Positions 1-18,068 of a DNA stretch of 64,000 bases are shown here, piece by piece. The translations under genes were made by a program, and so were the position numbers. The stretch comes from the human T2T-CHM13v2.0 reference genome, Homo sapiens: assembly GCF_009914755.1 (NCBI RefSeq), contig NC_060937.1, one strand, 5' to 3'. The notes below the pieces were generated by a model. That model had not been told where the DNA came from and searched no databases. It saw only the letters and a program-made list of their open reading frames with translations. The first letter of the stretch is position 1. Each line of letters opens with the position of its first letter.

Positions 1-223
1 TTGCATGCAAGTCATACTGTTAGCTAGAACTTAAGATACCTTGTTGATTTAATCAGTAGGTTACTATATGTAATAATTCAATATTAAGAGAAGTGAGGCT
101 ATCAATATTATAGGTATATTTTACATTTTTCCAATCAGTCATTACTAAAGCTAACATTAAAAATCTTAATATATTACACTCTACGTTTTTGGAGCACAAA
201 TATAACAATTTAAAAAATAAATT

Positions 224-546
<323 letters not shown>

Positions 547-1171
547 TTAAATAATGCTATTTTTCTCAAAAATTAAATCAGCTATTGATTTTCTTCCAAG
601 GTCATTTGCCTCCCATCTTTCTTCCAAGTGTCATCATCTTATGTATTTCACTTTTTATAAAACTTTAAACAGCAAGAGGCCATACAAAATGAAAAAACAT
701 AACTTGTATTAATTCATTTAGTCCTTTAAAAGCTGTATCAGAAGCTGTTGTTGAAAAAATGGTAGAGTTATTAGGAGTGTTGCAATGTACTCCTAGATGT
801 CCTATAACTGATATGTTAGTCTTACACTCTTCATAATCGTATATAGCGATCTTAGTACTAGCAGACATCTAAGGTCTATGATGGCATTTAACACAATTTT
901 GTCTCCAAATTCTGCTGTGGTTTCATCAATGCCTTTTTGTTAGCTCTGAGTTTAAATTTTAATCTGGAACCATAACTGATTTATCCCAGCTGCTGACGAC
1001 TGCCTGGAATCTGGTTTGGAGCATCTCCAAAGCCAACGTACTTTCCCCCAAGAAAATACAGGAAGATCTCTCTGCCCAGGCTTGGAAATACATAAGGATC
1101 AGGTTTGCCATCCTCTACTTTAGGGTGACTTTAACATAATTTAATGCCCACTGACTGCTTTTCTCCTACAG

Positions 1172-1590
1172 GTAAAGTAACAAACAAAGGAGTCAACTCT
1201 CAGGAGCTCTCTCTTTCATCTGCTTTATGTTGCCATTTTCCCTCATTGCCCTCTCACATTCACTCAGTAATTCACCAAATATTTATAGAGACTTCATGGT
1301 GTGCAAGGCAGTGAACTCCACACTGTAGGAAGAGTAAAGCCATGGAGATCGCAGGCCTGGCTCTTCATACCTTTGGCTTTCTGTTGAATTGAACTTTCTG
1401 TTAAGTTTAAAATACACAATAGAACTTTGACGATGTTGTGGCCTGGTCAGGGATGGGACAGATAACCAGCCCTTAAAAATAAAGCTCCTCCGGCCCCGCC
1501 CAATACCTTCTGAAAGAAGGAGGGTTATTATAGAGCATAAATAAAACAGTAGTGATTAATAATGATAATAAAGTTTATCTCTTTACTCAC
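1172..1590 (+). ncRNA. Candidate terminal exon of a + strand lncRNA (possibly SPART-AS1)
   Basis: Branch-like CTGAC (1151), pyrimidine tract and CAG acceptor ending 1171; AATAAA at 1478, 1540 and 1567. Gene identity inferred only from position relative to CCNA1. Confidence 0.3.
1255..1365 (-). mobile_element. L2 3' fragment
   Basis: cattcactcagtaattcaccaaatatttatagag resembles the reverse-complemented L2 3' end. Confidence 0.5.
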
Positions 1591-1700
1591 TCAACAGCAA
1601 TCCTTTTGGGGCAAATCACTTATGATTTCCTTCCAGGACTGAAGAAAACATGCACAGACGGAAGGTGGGGGCTGGTACTGGTGCTGAGCCTGGCATGGGG
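1591..1700 (-). other. SPART: Candidate non-coding upstream first exon of SPART (SPG20)
   Basis: Strong minus-strand donor TTGA|GTGAGT at 1591/1590; the ~62 kb distance to the CCNA1 promoter fits my recollection of the locus; 5' boundary approximate. Confidence 0.4.
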
Positions 1701-2029
1701 AGAGAGGAAACAAGAGTGAAAAGACTCTTTCATTCTCCTGGCAAAGGCAGCCTTGCAGCTGGGGCCAGGGTCTGTGGTGCTGATCCATCTGCTGGGCCGT
1801 CACCTCCCGAGAGAGCGTGTGTTCCTCCAACCACGCGTGTCTTAGCACCAGTCTCTGGCAGGAGCCAGGAGATGGGGAAGACAATTTAAATGATTCACAT
1901 AACTTCAAAAAATGTGGATAAGCACTTTATTTTTCTCACAAACCAAGAATATCTACTCAATTTAAACTTTTACCTGCGATCTCTCTTCCTCAGACCCAGG
2001 GTCACGAACTTGCCGTCTAACCTGGCAGG

Positions 2030-2115
2030 TCAGTAAAACCTTACCCCATCAGGTCTTCATCTGTAAGATGAGAAGGTGGCAGCAGAGGTTCCGAAGGCTC
2101 CTTCCAGATGAAAAC
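2030..2115 (+). mobile_element. MIR3/MIRc fragment
   Basis: cttcatctgtaagatgag...gaaggctccttccag matches the MIR core and MIR3-type 3' part. Confidence 0.55.
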
Positions 2116-2348
2116 AAATACGATTTTTACATCAGTAGAAATTCAAGGGGCTCACACTTGACTATATGAAAGAGAAAATAAAAAATTATTTGTTTATTTT
2201 TCTGTTGGCCTTTTCCTATCATTTTAGCTTACTTATTTCTTCTTTTTGACCCCATTTTTGTGTTTCTTATTTCTTCTATTAACACCACTGGATTAAAGCA
2301 AGCAAAAATTTAAAGATTAATATCCTTTTTAAAAATTTCAGACATATA

Positions 2349-2382
2349 ACACACACACACACACACACACATACACACACAC
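2349..2382. repeat. (CA)n microsatellite
   Basis: Direct reading. Confidence 0.97.
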
Positions 2383-2434
2383 CCTGCATGTAGATAAAGC
2401 AGCTAGAAATGAAAGCCTAACTGAAACATAATTC

Positions 2435-2618
2435 CAGTGGTTCTCAAACTTTAGCAGGCATTAGAATCACCTGAAAGATTTGTTAAAATGCATGTTGCTG
2501 GACATCAACCCAGAATTTTTAATTTGCTAGGTAAGGTGGAGTCCCAAAATTAACATTTCTTACAGGTTCCAAGTAATACGGATGTTGTTGGTCTGGGACC
2601 ACACTTTGAAAACCACTG
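2435..2618. mobile_element. MER5A (hAT-Charlie non-autonomous DNA transposon)
   Basis: TIRs CAGTGGTTCTCAAA...TTTGAAAACCACTG, ~184 bp, internal AGAATCACCTG. Confidence 0.88.
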
Positions 2619-3076
2619 CTTTATAGCACAGCTTCCAAGGAGACTCCAGTGTGTGTTCTGTGTGTACCTTCTCTATGTATGTATGTTCTGTATATATATA
2701 TGTACAGTACACATATCTCCAATGTATGTTCTCGTCTAATCCCTTAAAGTCATGATGTGCCTCAGGCCATCATTTCTTCCCTTTACTGTTTGTCAGCTGT
2801 CACCAAGTTGAGGTGGCAGTGGTGGTTTTCTTTATGTCAAAGCACTTTCCATCTATTCCTAATTGATTGCCTACTGATTTCTTGGTTTCCTTGACTATTT
2901 CGTTGAAAGGATCTCAAGCCGCTGTAAAACTTGCATTTTAACATCTAGCGTGACATTCTCCCTCTGTTTAGTGTCATTTTTGTGGCAGATTAAGATCTCC
3001 CACCAGCACACTTTCCCATTTAATCCTCCAGCCATTGTAGTTCAAAACTCTTTGCCAGAAATCCTGCATGCCCAGA

Positions 3077-3081
3077 ACACA

Positions 3082-3137
<56 letters not shown>

Positions 3138-3145
3138 CACACACA
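3077..3145. repeat. (CA)n microsatellite, interrupted
   Basis: Direct reading. Confidence 0.97.
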
Positions 3146-4162
3146 ATGAAAGGCCACTCAAGTCAGGGTAACAAGGTGGAGCCTTTGCAGTGCATTTAGC
3201 TAATGCCAATAGAGATGCAGTATAAATAGTTGTACCAAGTTTCCATCTTTCCCTTAAGCAGGATGTAAGCATGAGATTGTAGAAGAAAGGATTCTGTAAA
3301 CAGATTTATTTCGTGATATTTGGGTAGACAGTTCTTGTTAACATAGAACAACTTTATACTAACTATAGAAAATGCTTTTCAATAAATCCTCCTTGACAAT
3401 CAGTGTATTCTCAGGTTCTTGTCTTCTGGGAGAGATCTACAGAATAAATTATTCTGGGAAGTGTATGGTATGGCACATAAAGAGGAAGGAGTGGTTATTT
3501 GTATGAAATAAAAATGGTAACTGATTTTTAAAAGATACTTACATGACTTAATCTCTGTTAGAGTACCAACATTAAAACTAACTAACAATTATGAGGGCTT
3601 ATTAGCAGTCTTCTCCAAGGTGAGGAAACAAGATCTGTACTTCAACACTGCCTTCTGCTACCTGCCTGCTCCTTCCTACCTCCCTTTCTGCCCACACAGA
3701 GGGTCTTGTCATTTGGCAGGAAGAAAAACGAATCAGGAGCCCTGAAGCAGAGGGCTGCTGCTGTTGCTGGTGATTGATGGGCCTGGGTAATTTCACCTCT
3801 GGTGTCAAAAAGATTTAAGTTTCACTTGCAAACTACTTGCCGAATCCAGCCACCTATCTCAGCCCTACCAAGTTTAGCCTACTCTTCGCCCTCACAGGCA
3901 TTAGGCATTTCTTTCCCATTCACAGTTATCTATGACTTATTTTTTAGTTGCACATATGTTTGTAGCATGTGGTATGTTTCTGCATGTATGTGTATGTGTG
4001 TGTATCTGGAGTGAAGATGACTGAGCTTCAGGTCTCACTAGCCTAGATAGAACTTCAAGCCTCCCTTTAAAATGGCCTATGTCAAATAATTTTTTTAAAA
4101 AGCTACTTACTTAATGACATCTTTAACACTTCAGATTTCTATACATATCTATAATATCTTAC

Positions 4163-4519
4163 TGATATGGTTTGGCTGTGTCCCCACCCAAATCTCGTCT
4201 TAAATTCCCACATGTTGTGGGAGGCACCTGATGCAAGGTAATTGAATCATGGGGGCAGGTCTTTCCCATGCTGTTCTCATGATAGTGAATAAGTCTCACG
4301 AGATCTGATGGTTTCATAAGGGGGAGTTTCCCTGCACAAACTCTCTCTTTTTGCCTGCTGCCATCCATGTAAGATGTGACTTGCTCCTCCTTGCCTTCCA
4401 CCATGATTGTGAGGCCTCCCCAACCACATGGAACTGTAAGTACATTAAACCCTTTTTCCTGTATAAATTACCCAGTCTTGGGTATGTCTTTATCAGCAGC
4501 GTGAAAATAAACTAATACA
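4163..4519 (+). mobile_element. THE1 (MaLR) solo LTR
   Basis: TGATATGGTTTGGCTGTGTCCCCACCC...CTAATACA; perfect 5-bp TSD CTTAC at 4158 and 4520. Confidence 0.93.
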
Positions 4520-4687
4520 CTTACTAAAGAGATTCTACTGTCCCACAAAACTTATTTGACACATTGCCTTGTGTAGAAGCTGTGTTGTGAATTATGACTG
4601 TGGGCAGGAGTTATGGTGTTACTCTGCGACTTCTATTAGTATAGATTGGTGGAGACCAGAATAAGAATTTTTGTAGATTTCTTATGT

Positions 4688-5005
4688 TTTATTATTTACT
4701 TATTTATTTGTTTCTTTATTTTTTAAGACAGGATCTTACTCTGTCACCCAGGCTGAAATGTAGTGGGAACTCACCACAGCATTGACCTCCTGAGCTCAGG
4801 TACTGGGCTCACCACAGCAGTGACCTCCTGAGCTCCCATCTCAGCCTCCTGAGTAGCTAGAACTACAGTGCTCACCACCACACCCAGCTAATTTTTGTAT
4901 TTTTTGTAGAGATGGGATTTTGCCATGTTGCCTTGGCTCAAGTGATCCACCCACCTCAGCCTCCCAAAGTGCTAGGATTACAGGTGTGAGCCACCGTGCC
5001 TGGCC
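4688..5005 (-). mobile_element. AluJ-like, with internal duplication and deletion
   Basis: Reverse Alu; ctcaccacagca.tgacctcctgagctc occurs twice. Confidence 0.9.
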
Positions 5006-5308
5006 ATGTTTAATTTTTTAATTAGATGGAGGCATGGGAGTGGCCATTCCTTTTGTATGTGTGAATATCTGATTTATTTCTATTGCCATTTATAATGCAA
5101 AGATAGATACTTCCTAATTATTTACTCTGGCCAGGGATATTATTTATTTATGGAGCTGATGACAGTATGTGGCTTTTGTGAACTGATCTGGTTCTTGGTT
5201 TTGTTTTTATTCTAAATTTAGCTTTTCACATAGTTGTAACCTTGAGCTAATACAGAGATTTGATTGTTTGATCTTTTTTAGCTTTTTGATGGGTAGTCAA
5301 GAAGATAA

Positions 5309-5599
<291 letters not shown>

Positions 5600-5699
5600 G
5601 ATAACAGCTTTTAAACAGTTAAAGCTGTTGAAAAATACAACTCCTCTGGGAAGCTACTAAGAATTGGATCCATTCAAAGCTGAAACTGCTTTGAATGGA

Positions 5700-5779
5700 T
5701 AACTGTTCTTATCTGTTTGGTAACTGTTCTTATCTGTTTGGTAAATAAAAAGATAGCTGTTCTTATCTGTTGGGTAAAT
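5700..5779. repeat. 21-bp unit present three times (TAACTGTTCTTATCTGTTTGG)
   Basis: Exact units at 5700 and 5721, variant at 5754. Confidence 0.9.
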
Positions 5780-7011
5780 CTAGATTAAACTTTTTGCAAT
5801 TTGTGATGTAATTGTGTACACTTACCATGGAATTGCTGAGACAACTAACATTAAGGATTGACCCCTTATGGTATGATATACCCCCAGAGAGGGCAAGGGA
5901 GGTAGCCTAGGGAGAGAATAGCTGTCAAGTCCTTTCTTGCTTTTACTGCTTATGAGATAATAGGATTCTCCAGAAGTACCCTCTCTCCCCAGAGATTGAG
6001 TGAGCCCCACCACCATTAAGTTCAGACACATACTAAGTTTTCCAGAGAGAGGATGCCTAATGACCAACACACTTCATCCAGCTGGAGACCCTGGCACTTA
6101 AGACCAGGGAAGGAACTTAACTCTTTTGAAAGGTGCCAGGCCATGTAAACCAGAGCAGTTTTTCTAAATAATAAAATGTTATTAGCCATGAAGATGATTT
6201 TACCCCTTCATCCTGTAGCATCAAACCTCCTGGGCTCAGGTGCTGGGCTCCAAATATATGAATAAATACTGATAATAATAACAATGATCATGATAATGCA
6301 ACTCTTATACATCTAGGGATCACCTGCTTATTTTCAGAGCAAAGTCATGTTCCAGCGGCAGAATTCAGCAGCCACAGAAATTTTAAGAAGTGACTACATT
6401 CTTTATTTTTAGTTGATGAAGAACGTTAGAGGGATATGATTCCGACCCTGGGGCAAAATCTTTTAAAAACCCCTCTCTCACGCTCCAGTTTTCTTGTATG
6501 CTCCAGAACTTCTCTCATATGTCAACACTAAAACTGTCCCATGAGGCCCTACCTTATGTGGAACTTGCTCTCTTCTTTCCTGCTCTTTCTGTGGCAGATA
6601 CCTTGGTTTCTATGCAAGCAATCAAAAAATGTCCTCGTTAAGAGGGAGAGACACAGGGACAACTGAGTAGGCATGGTGCTTATTGGAGTACTGCATTGTG
6701 TTTTGGAAGGAGAGGATCAGGGAAGGATCTGAACATCCTACTTAATAGTTCTTGCTGCAGCAAAATAGCTGCCCTTCATTATGCCATGGCCACAATGCAA
6801 CCACATATTAGAGGATCTGTTTGTATTTTCTCATTTAAGACTTGTTAGCCCCATTCTAAAGAAGAGGCATCTGAGCTTCCGAGGGGATGTATTCTCATGG
6901 GCCCATTGCCTCAAAGTGGCAAAGTCAGGATCTGAACTCAAATCTTTCTTCCTCCAAAGCCTTTACATCTGCCACTAGTCAGTCACCATGACTGTTATTT
7001 TAAATAATTAA

Positions 7012-7449
<438 letters not shown>

Positions 7450-8038
7450 TAACTTCATAGACTTTTATGCAATCATTTCATTTAAAATAATAAGGAAGCT
7501 GTATATTTTATCTAAAGAAGCATACAAGATAATGATTGATTAAAAATTAAATGAAGTTTAGTATATATAATTATAACCATTTAAAAGTAGGCATATACAG
7601 AGTTAAAAATCAGAAAAGTCATAAATATGCAAATTACGTCTAGTAAGTCGAAGAAGAAGAGTTCTATTTTTTGCTAAAGTTATTTACATTTTAAATGACT
7701 GTTGTTTGTCTTTGAAAGAAAGATTGTCAGTCTTGGGTGGTACTGATCTACTGACTGCAAGCTTCACAAACCCAAGTTCAAACTGGAGAAAACTAAACTC
7801 TCATTAATTGCTAGATTGAGACAGTTCATATTCTTCACCTTCTTATCCTATTTTTATCAAAATAGTACTGTACTTGACAGTGGAACAGCCTGAAACAAAA
7901 TCAACCTAAAGGCCTGCTCTCCTGCCCTGCGTGGGGTACCGTGGTCTTGTTTAAATCAAAGACAAAGTGGTAAATTAGCAGTCTGATGCCGAGAATGTTT
8001 AGGCTCATTCCTCTACCAGCAGACACTGAGCATTTCTT

Positions 8039-8350
<312 letters not shown>

Positions 8351-8880
8351 AACACAGAGCATTTCTTACTCTCCCCTTCCTTGCTCCACCTGAAGCCTTT
8401 AGTAGTCATTAAAGTATAAAAGACTGGTGTCATTTCAAGAGTGGCTTCTCTTGGGGAGATTTGTGTCAGATCTCTAAGCCTTGCTCTCTAAAGGAAATGG
8501 AGACTGTAAGCGAAAGAGAATTTGAGGAATTGTTGAGAAGACAGGTAAGAGACACTGAAAGCCGACCTCATTGTGTGACTCAAGGTCACCTTTATGCTGG
8601 GGGAAAGACTGCCTTCCTGAGGGGCTGTATCCTCAGAGGAAAATGTTCTTCATTTTATATCATTAAAATAACACTTCTGGTGTTTATGACTCTCATGAAA
8701 GAGTGAATTTTGGAAAGGAGACCTTACTATGCCTATAGAAGATAGTTTTCTGTAGTTATATGTTAGTTCATGCGTTTTCTCTGAAGAAGGACTTCTTTGT
8801 CCTGAAGGTATCTGTGGGTTTTCTCTTATAGAAAACAGGTGTGAAAGTTCAGTGTTCAACAGCTCTACCATTCTCTTTAA

Positions 8881-9285
<405 letters not shown>

Positions 9286-9729
9286 TGAGCTCCTAGAAGG
9301 CAAGACTTTCTGTGTACCAGTGAGGGGTTGTAGTTGATAGCTGTGATTTGAGAAGGTATTTCACAAGCAAAATCATTTTATCTGTGCCACCCTCTGTGTA
9401 TTTCTATTGCATTTTTATGCTCATTGTATTTAAAAAGGTACCTAACAACAAAGAGCCAACAATTTCACCCTCCCATTCCATTGCTTATACCTTCTGCTTC
9501 ATTTCATGTGTCTGACCTACATACAGAGTCTGTGTCATGGTCCTGGGTCTATACTGTAGCCCAGATAATACCTTAGAGATATTTTTCTTAATGAAGAACA
9601 CTGGTTTATAGTCCAGTATACTGGAATATACATATGGAATTTAAATTGGGTGACACTGAACTCATATAAAGCTGGAGGGTAATGCAAACCATATTTTTCT
9701 CTTTATACTCTCCTGCTTCCTGATAGGCT

Positions 9730-9930
9730 GCTGTGGCCTAGAAAGAGCTCTTCTCTGGGTTTCTGGAGAAATAGAATAGAACTCCCATCTGGAATTCATT
9801 AGCTTATCTTATCAGGATCTTGTGCAATTCTCTTAATCATTCTGAGTCTCATATGGAATGTAATAATAATAGTGGCTATGTTGCAAGGTGCTATAAAGAT
9901 TATCGGAAGTAATGTGCATAGAAATCTTTT
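9730..9930 (+). mobile_element. MIR fragment
   Basis: Diverged MIR layout ending taataatagt...gattatcggaagtaatgtgcatagaa. Confidence 0.45.
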
Positions 9931-10152
9931 TTACTTTGTCAACTACAGATATTCAGTTATTTTTCCACCCCAAGACTGTCCTGGCCTCATTTTGGGGGTC
10001 AACTGAAGACTAAGGACACTCAGGGTGTTCTTCAGCTCTTCCTCTCACCCCTATGTCTGTGTCTATAGACTCCACCCCTTTCTTTCCTCTACTGCTACAC
10101 TCATTTTCAGGTACCCATCACCATTCCAGCAGCCTCCCAACTCTTTGTCTAG

Positions 10153-10596
<444 letters not shown>

Positions 10597-10689
10597 TAGA
10601 AATAAACACCAATGTTCTTTAGGCTCTAACATGCTGACATCGAAAGAAAATCCTCTTGGCTTCACTTCTTTCATCCTATGTTTCAGATT

Positions 10690-11375
10690 GTCAATAGCCA
10701 TCTTCCTAAAACCCATTTCTAATTATTCTGTGCCTCTGCCTAAGAACCTTCTTTGAATTCTCACTGCCTAAAGATCAAAGTCCAAATCGCTTAACATGTC
10801 CTACAAGGCTCTTTGCATCTAGTCCCAGCCAAGCTTGTTTCAGTGCACTACATTCCCTGCACCCACTGACTAGCCACACGGAACTGAATGCACTTCCCTA
10901 TGTAGGTCATGCATTTCCAACTCTCTTTACTCTTGCTCCTTCTCTTTCTTTAGTCTGGAATTTCTGTATCCCTCTTATAAGCCGGATAGATTCAACACTG
11001 CTCTTTCAGGACCCAGTTTGGAAATGTCACCTTCTCTGTGACACCTCACTCAATTCTTCCAGACAGATTTTGTCCGTCTTCTCAGTTCCCGTTCCATGGC
11101 TGGCATTTATTCAGTGCTTACTATGGCTCAATGTGCTCTGACTGGTATTTCTAGGCCCACTAAAACAAGGAGCTGTGTCAGGACTGCATACATCTAATCA
11201 TTTTGCCTTTCTCACACCATCTTGAATATGTTTTTATTATACTGAATTGCAGCTATTTGTTCCCATGTCTTCCTTTTCCAATCTAAGCTCCTAGACTTTT
11301 TAATCTCTATGCCCCTCCCTTGGCCTAGTAACTGGCAACCAGTAGAATCTCAGGAATTTTTCACTGAAATTAAAA
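10690..11375 (+). mobile_element. L2 3' region fragments
   Basis: L2 motifs aaagtccaaatc.cttaacatg, aatgtcaccttctctgtga and a 3' terminal segment. Confidence 0.6.
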
Positions 11376-11439
11376 GCAGTACCACATGAAATTAAACTCC
11401 ATCCAGAATCCTCCTAGACATCAGAGCCCCTATTAGTGG

Positions 11440-13065
<1,626 letters not shown>

Positions 13066-13202
13066 GTCCACTTCAGTCCAGTCCAGGATTCCTCAGCCAC
13101 TTGTGAGCCCGAAGAATAATAATAAGTTCAACTTCTTAACTCATCAGATTAGAGGACCAAGCTCCTAATTATTATTTAAATGTATACATCCTTGAAATAT
13201 AA

Positions 13203-13562
<360 letters not shown>

Positions 13563-14161
13563 AGCATTTCTTTTTTAAGATACAAAAAGGAAATAAAATG
13601 AAGCATTCTATATAGTCCTCAAAAGTATTTGTTACTTATTATCACCCAGTGAAAAATTGCTTTGATCACTTTCATAGTTAGCATGCTTCAATACCACTGA
13701 CTCATCACTCATTCACTCTGCTTTTCCTGTTTGAATCATTATCCAGATGACAGGTGTATCAAGCACAAGCACAGATCACTGCCTTCTTAGGTAGTGCATT
13801 CTTGGGTGAAATAATTTTTCCTAAGGTTAAATAAAATCTTTCAGACATGAGTGGATTGCAACGAAACCATTCTGCTCTCTGGTATAGACCTGAAGTTAGC
13901 ACAAATGTTCAGACCCAAATGTTATCTTTTAACTGTTCACAAGCTCTGATGGTCAAGTTCAAGTATTCAGTTTTTAGTTCAGTCAAACAATTCTCCGCTT
14001 ATTTATGCCAACATAAGAGGGGCCAGCTCCTCAAATAAACCCATTTTGAGAGCATCTAATTCAGTCTTTAAGAAAAATGATTTTTTCGTCTTTAATTATA
14101 CCTGAAGCAAAAATTTTTCTTGCATTCTCAATGTGTTATGTTCTATAAAAACACTGGGAAG

Positions 14162-14466
<305 letters not shown>

Positions 14467-15284
14467 TCATAAATGTAAGTAAGAAAGACATGGAAAATGA
14501 TGTAAGGCTATACTACATTTTATAAACAGCATCTTTTAAACTTTCTCTTTTTTGAGTGATCTTTACTTTTTTCCTTTAAGAAACAGTGTTGTTCAAAAGG
14601 GAGACTTTCTAGTATAGATAGCATCTATTTAGATATCATTCCTAGCAGCAGCAGGATTTTCTCTGATGATACAGAGCTGTTAGCTAGAGATTGGTGTAGT
14701 CACTCATGGACCACTGAGTTTCAGGTGCAGACATTATTATATCCAGTGTACACATTCCACACAGTTAAGATGGATTTGTTTACCCTAAGTTTTCTCCAGA
14801 GAGTCTCTAAAAGGTAAAACTGGTAAAAACTAACACAACAGAGATGAGGTAAGCCATTTGAAGAAACAATTCACTCTACCATTTATGGTTTTTTGGTTGC
14901 AAGAAACAGAAACTGACTTTAACTTTAGAAAAATTGTTCGGGAGAATGATGTTGGAGGCTGTCAGCATCAATTAGTGACTATGACATTGGGCTTAGGGAT
15001 GGGCAAGGACCAAGGTCATTCCAGAGGCAAGGAAGCTGGAAACACAATCACGTCATAGCAGGGATAGACCAGTTCGTGTGGAATAGAATGAAACTCTGAC
15101 ATTTTTCAGTCTCCCTCTGCTCAAGAGTCAGATTCTTAGAAAAGAGCATCTGCTTGGTGAACTGCTTGGCGAGGGGAGGGTGGAGCCCTTGATTACCTAT
15201 CTAATGGGGAGGAGGTCCTAGCGAAACTGGATGGTGGGCAGCCAATAGCAGCATCTACCATAGCTGCCCTAAAAAATAGTAACC

Positions 15285-15634
15285 TTATTTATTTATTTTT
15301 TGAGACAGTGTCTCACTCTGTCACCCAGGCTGGAGTGCAGCGGTGTAATCATAACTTACTGCAGCCTGGACCTCCTGGGCTCAAGCAATCTTCCCACCTT
15401 GGCTTCTCTAGTAACTTAGACTATAAGCGTGCACCACCATGCCTGGCTAATTTTTAAAATTTTTTGTGGCGATGGGGTCTCCCTTAGCACTTCATTTTTT
15501 AAAAAAATAATTTAATATAGAGCCAAGGTCTTGCTATGTTGCCCAGGTTGGTCTTGAACTCCTGGCCTCAAATGAACCTCCCACTTTGGCCCCCCAAAGT
15601 GTGGGATTGCAGACATGAGCCACCATGCCTCACC
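15285..15634 (-). mobile_element. AluJ-like with an extra ~50 bp at the linker
   Basis: Reverse Alu; AATAGTA on both flanks (15275, 15635). Confidence 0.9.
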
Positions 15635-17324
15635 AATAGTACATTTACTGATCATGAAGACTGGGGAACTGCCAATGTTCAGTAGAGTTAACTAGGTTGA
15701 ATACCTCGGATTGAAAATATAAAGAAATCGGTAAGAACTTTGTTTTATTCCATCAGTGGACAGCAGTCTGCATGGAACCTCAAAATGGAGTTGGGAGTAA
15801 GGCAAAATTTGCTACCTCTGTATTACTGTCCAGAAGGGAACATTCTCAGTAAAGAATCCTTCTGGCTAGTGTCTTTGAGCTACAATGCACTACATGGGTT
15901 TGTATCTGGCATAGTTGCTGGGGAAAGCATACATGCCAGCTTAGCTGATGCTTTCAACTTGCTTAACATTCGTAATATTCCCTGCCAATATTTAAATCAG
16001 AAATAATCAAATTTTGGGTTTTAAATTAGTCTTATATGAGTTTGTACGAAATCTTATATGAAGCAATTCCTGACCTGGTCTGTAAATTCTAGAAGGCTAA
16101 AAAACTGAATTCTTCAGTCTACAGAGCTAAGAAAGAAATATGGGGTTGTAGTGACTCCACCAACTTACTGTCTGCATTGTGATCCTTCTTAAGAACACTA
16201 TGTCTCCCTCTGTGCCATCCCTTCTTTTAAAGCTCAATACAATATGTCAGGGAATAAATGAAAAAATAAAATTAGAAAGAACTTTTTAAAAAAGGTACAA
16301 GTATATGCAGACAAGGGGCAGACTGATCAGGAGAAAGGTATGAAAGAACTGTATTGATGTAAGCCAAAATACACACAGGACATTGTAGCAGATGATAGTT
16401 ATAATGAACAGTGGATTATTTATTGTAGAGAGGAATAGTATAAAATAGATGTTATAGATGTTAATTTACAACCCCAACTAAAAGACGTAGTGGGTACAAA
16501 TGTGAACTCTAATTTGTAGTCTAAACCTCCAGCACCTGGATGCTTTCACCAATCTGTCTTTCTCACTATAAATGATGGGATAAGGACTTTGGGAATTTTT
16601 TTCTTAATTACAGAGTTACTTATATAACAGTTACATAAAGGGTATGTAGACTGACTTTTCATTTTGCCCACACATAAAAGATAGTTTTTCAAATTGGTAG
16701 TAGAAATGATACTGTGTGTTTCCATGATCATACAAAATTGACTAAAGGTCAGCAGTTCATGTAATCTTACCAAAATATACAAGGTCCTTTAAAAGTAGGG
16801 AATGGTATTGATATCTTGTGGCTTCTCAAACTTAAAAAAAACCTCTTGCCTAGTGTAATTCATTGTAAATAGTCTGATTAAATTATTTTGTAAAAAGGAA
16901 AATAATTATAAAAATATTATTAAGTAATGCAGAAATATTTGTAGCCCATTTCTCAACTTTTAGCTTTATAACTGCTCAGAAACCTTTGAAGGACTTCCCT
17001 CTTTGGGTTTAAGATGGGTTGACTTATGACTTCTGAATTGCATTAGTAGATTAGTTACTACTTATGAACCAAAGAATATTGGTCAACATTTTCCACAAGG
17101 CAGTGCATTTGTATATGTTTTTGATTTATGTTAGAAAAATCAGAGCCTCCACTTGAACTTGGTATGAGTCATAGTCACTAGTCATAAGTGGCTGATGAAT
17201 CCCACCTCAATCTGGAAAGTGGCAGACACTAGCCAGTTGGAGATCACCTGGACCGAATGAGGAGGGAACATAAAAGCCAAGCCATGCCAGCCTCTCCCCT
17301 CAGGTCAGTGCAGTGGAAGGAGCA

Positions 17325-17560
17325 TAAGAACAGCTGGGAGCATGAAGTATGGAGGCAGATCCATCCAGATTTGAATCCTGGCTCCCTTTCCTACTAACCA
17401 TCGGAACTTGGACTAGTTACCTAGCCTCTCTTAGCCTTATCTGTAAAGAAAGAATAAAATGATCTATTTGATAGATTTACTGTGAGGATTAATGAGTAAT
17501 AAACATATAAAGTGCTTAGCACAGTACCTGATACAGAGCAAACCTCCAGTGAAATCTATC
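17325..17560 (+). mobile_element. MIR (MIRb-like)
   Basis: tttgaatcctggctcc...atctgtaaa...gtgaggattaatgag...aaagtgcttagcacagtacctg. Confidence 0.85.
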
Positions 17561-17647
17561 TCTAAAAAATTACAAAACCAAAATATGCAAATTCAATGAG
17601 ACACTATTTCATACCTATTAGAATGGCTATTGTTTTAAAAATAGGGA

Positions 17648-18068
<421 letters not shown>

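Noticed and set aside
665-868. 67-aa ATG-initiated ORF in non-Alu sequence
   Set aside because: No recognisable domain or supporting splice/promoter context.
5703-5718. Repeat unit CTGTTCTTATCTGTTT is 15/16 to U2 snRNA CTGTTCTTATCAGTTT
   Set aside because: Too short, with no flanking U2 sequence or TSD; probably chance.
5700-5779. CRISPR-like repeat arrangement
   Set aside because: Human DNA, adjacent units without unique spacers, and no cas genes.
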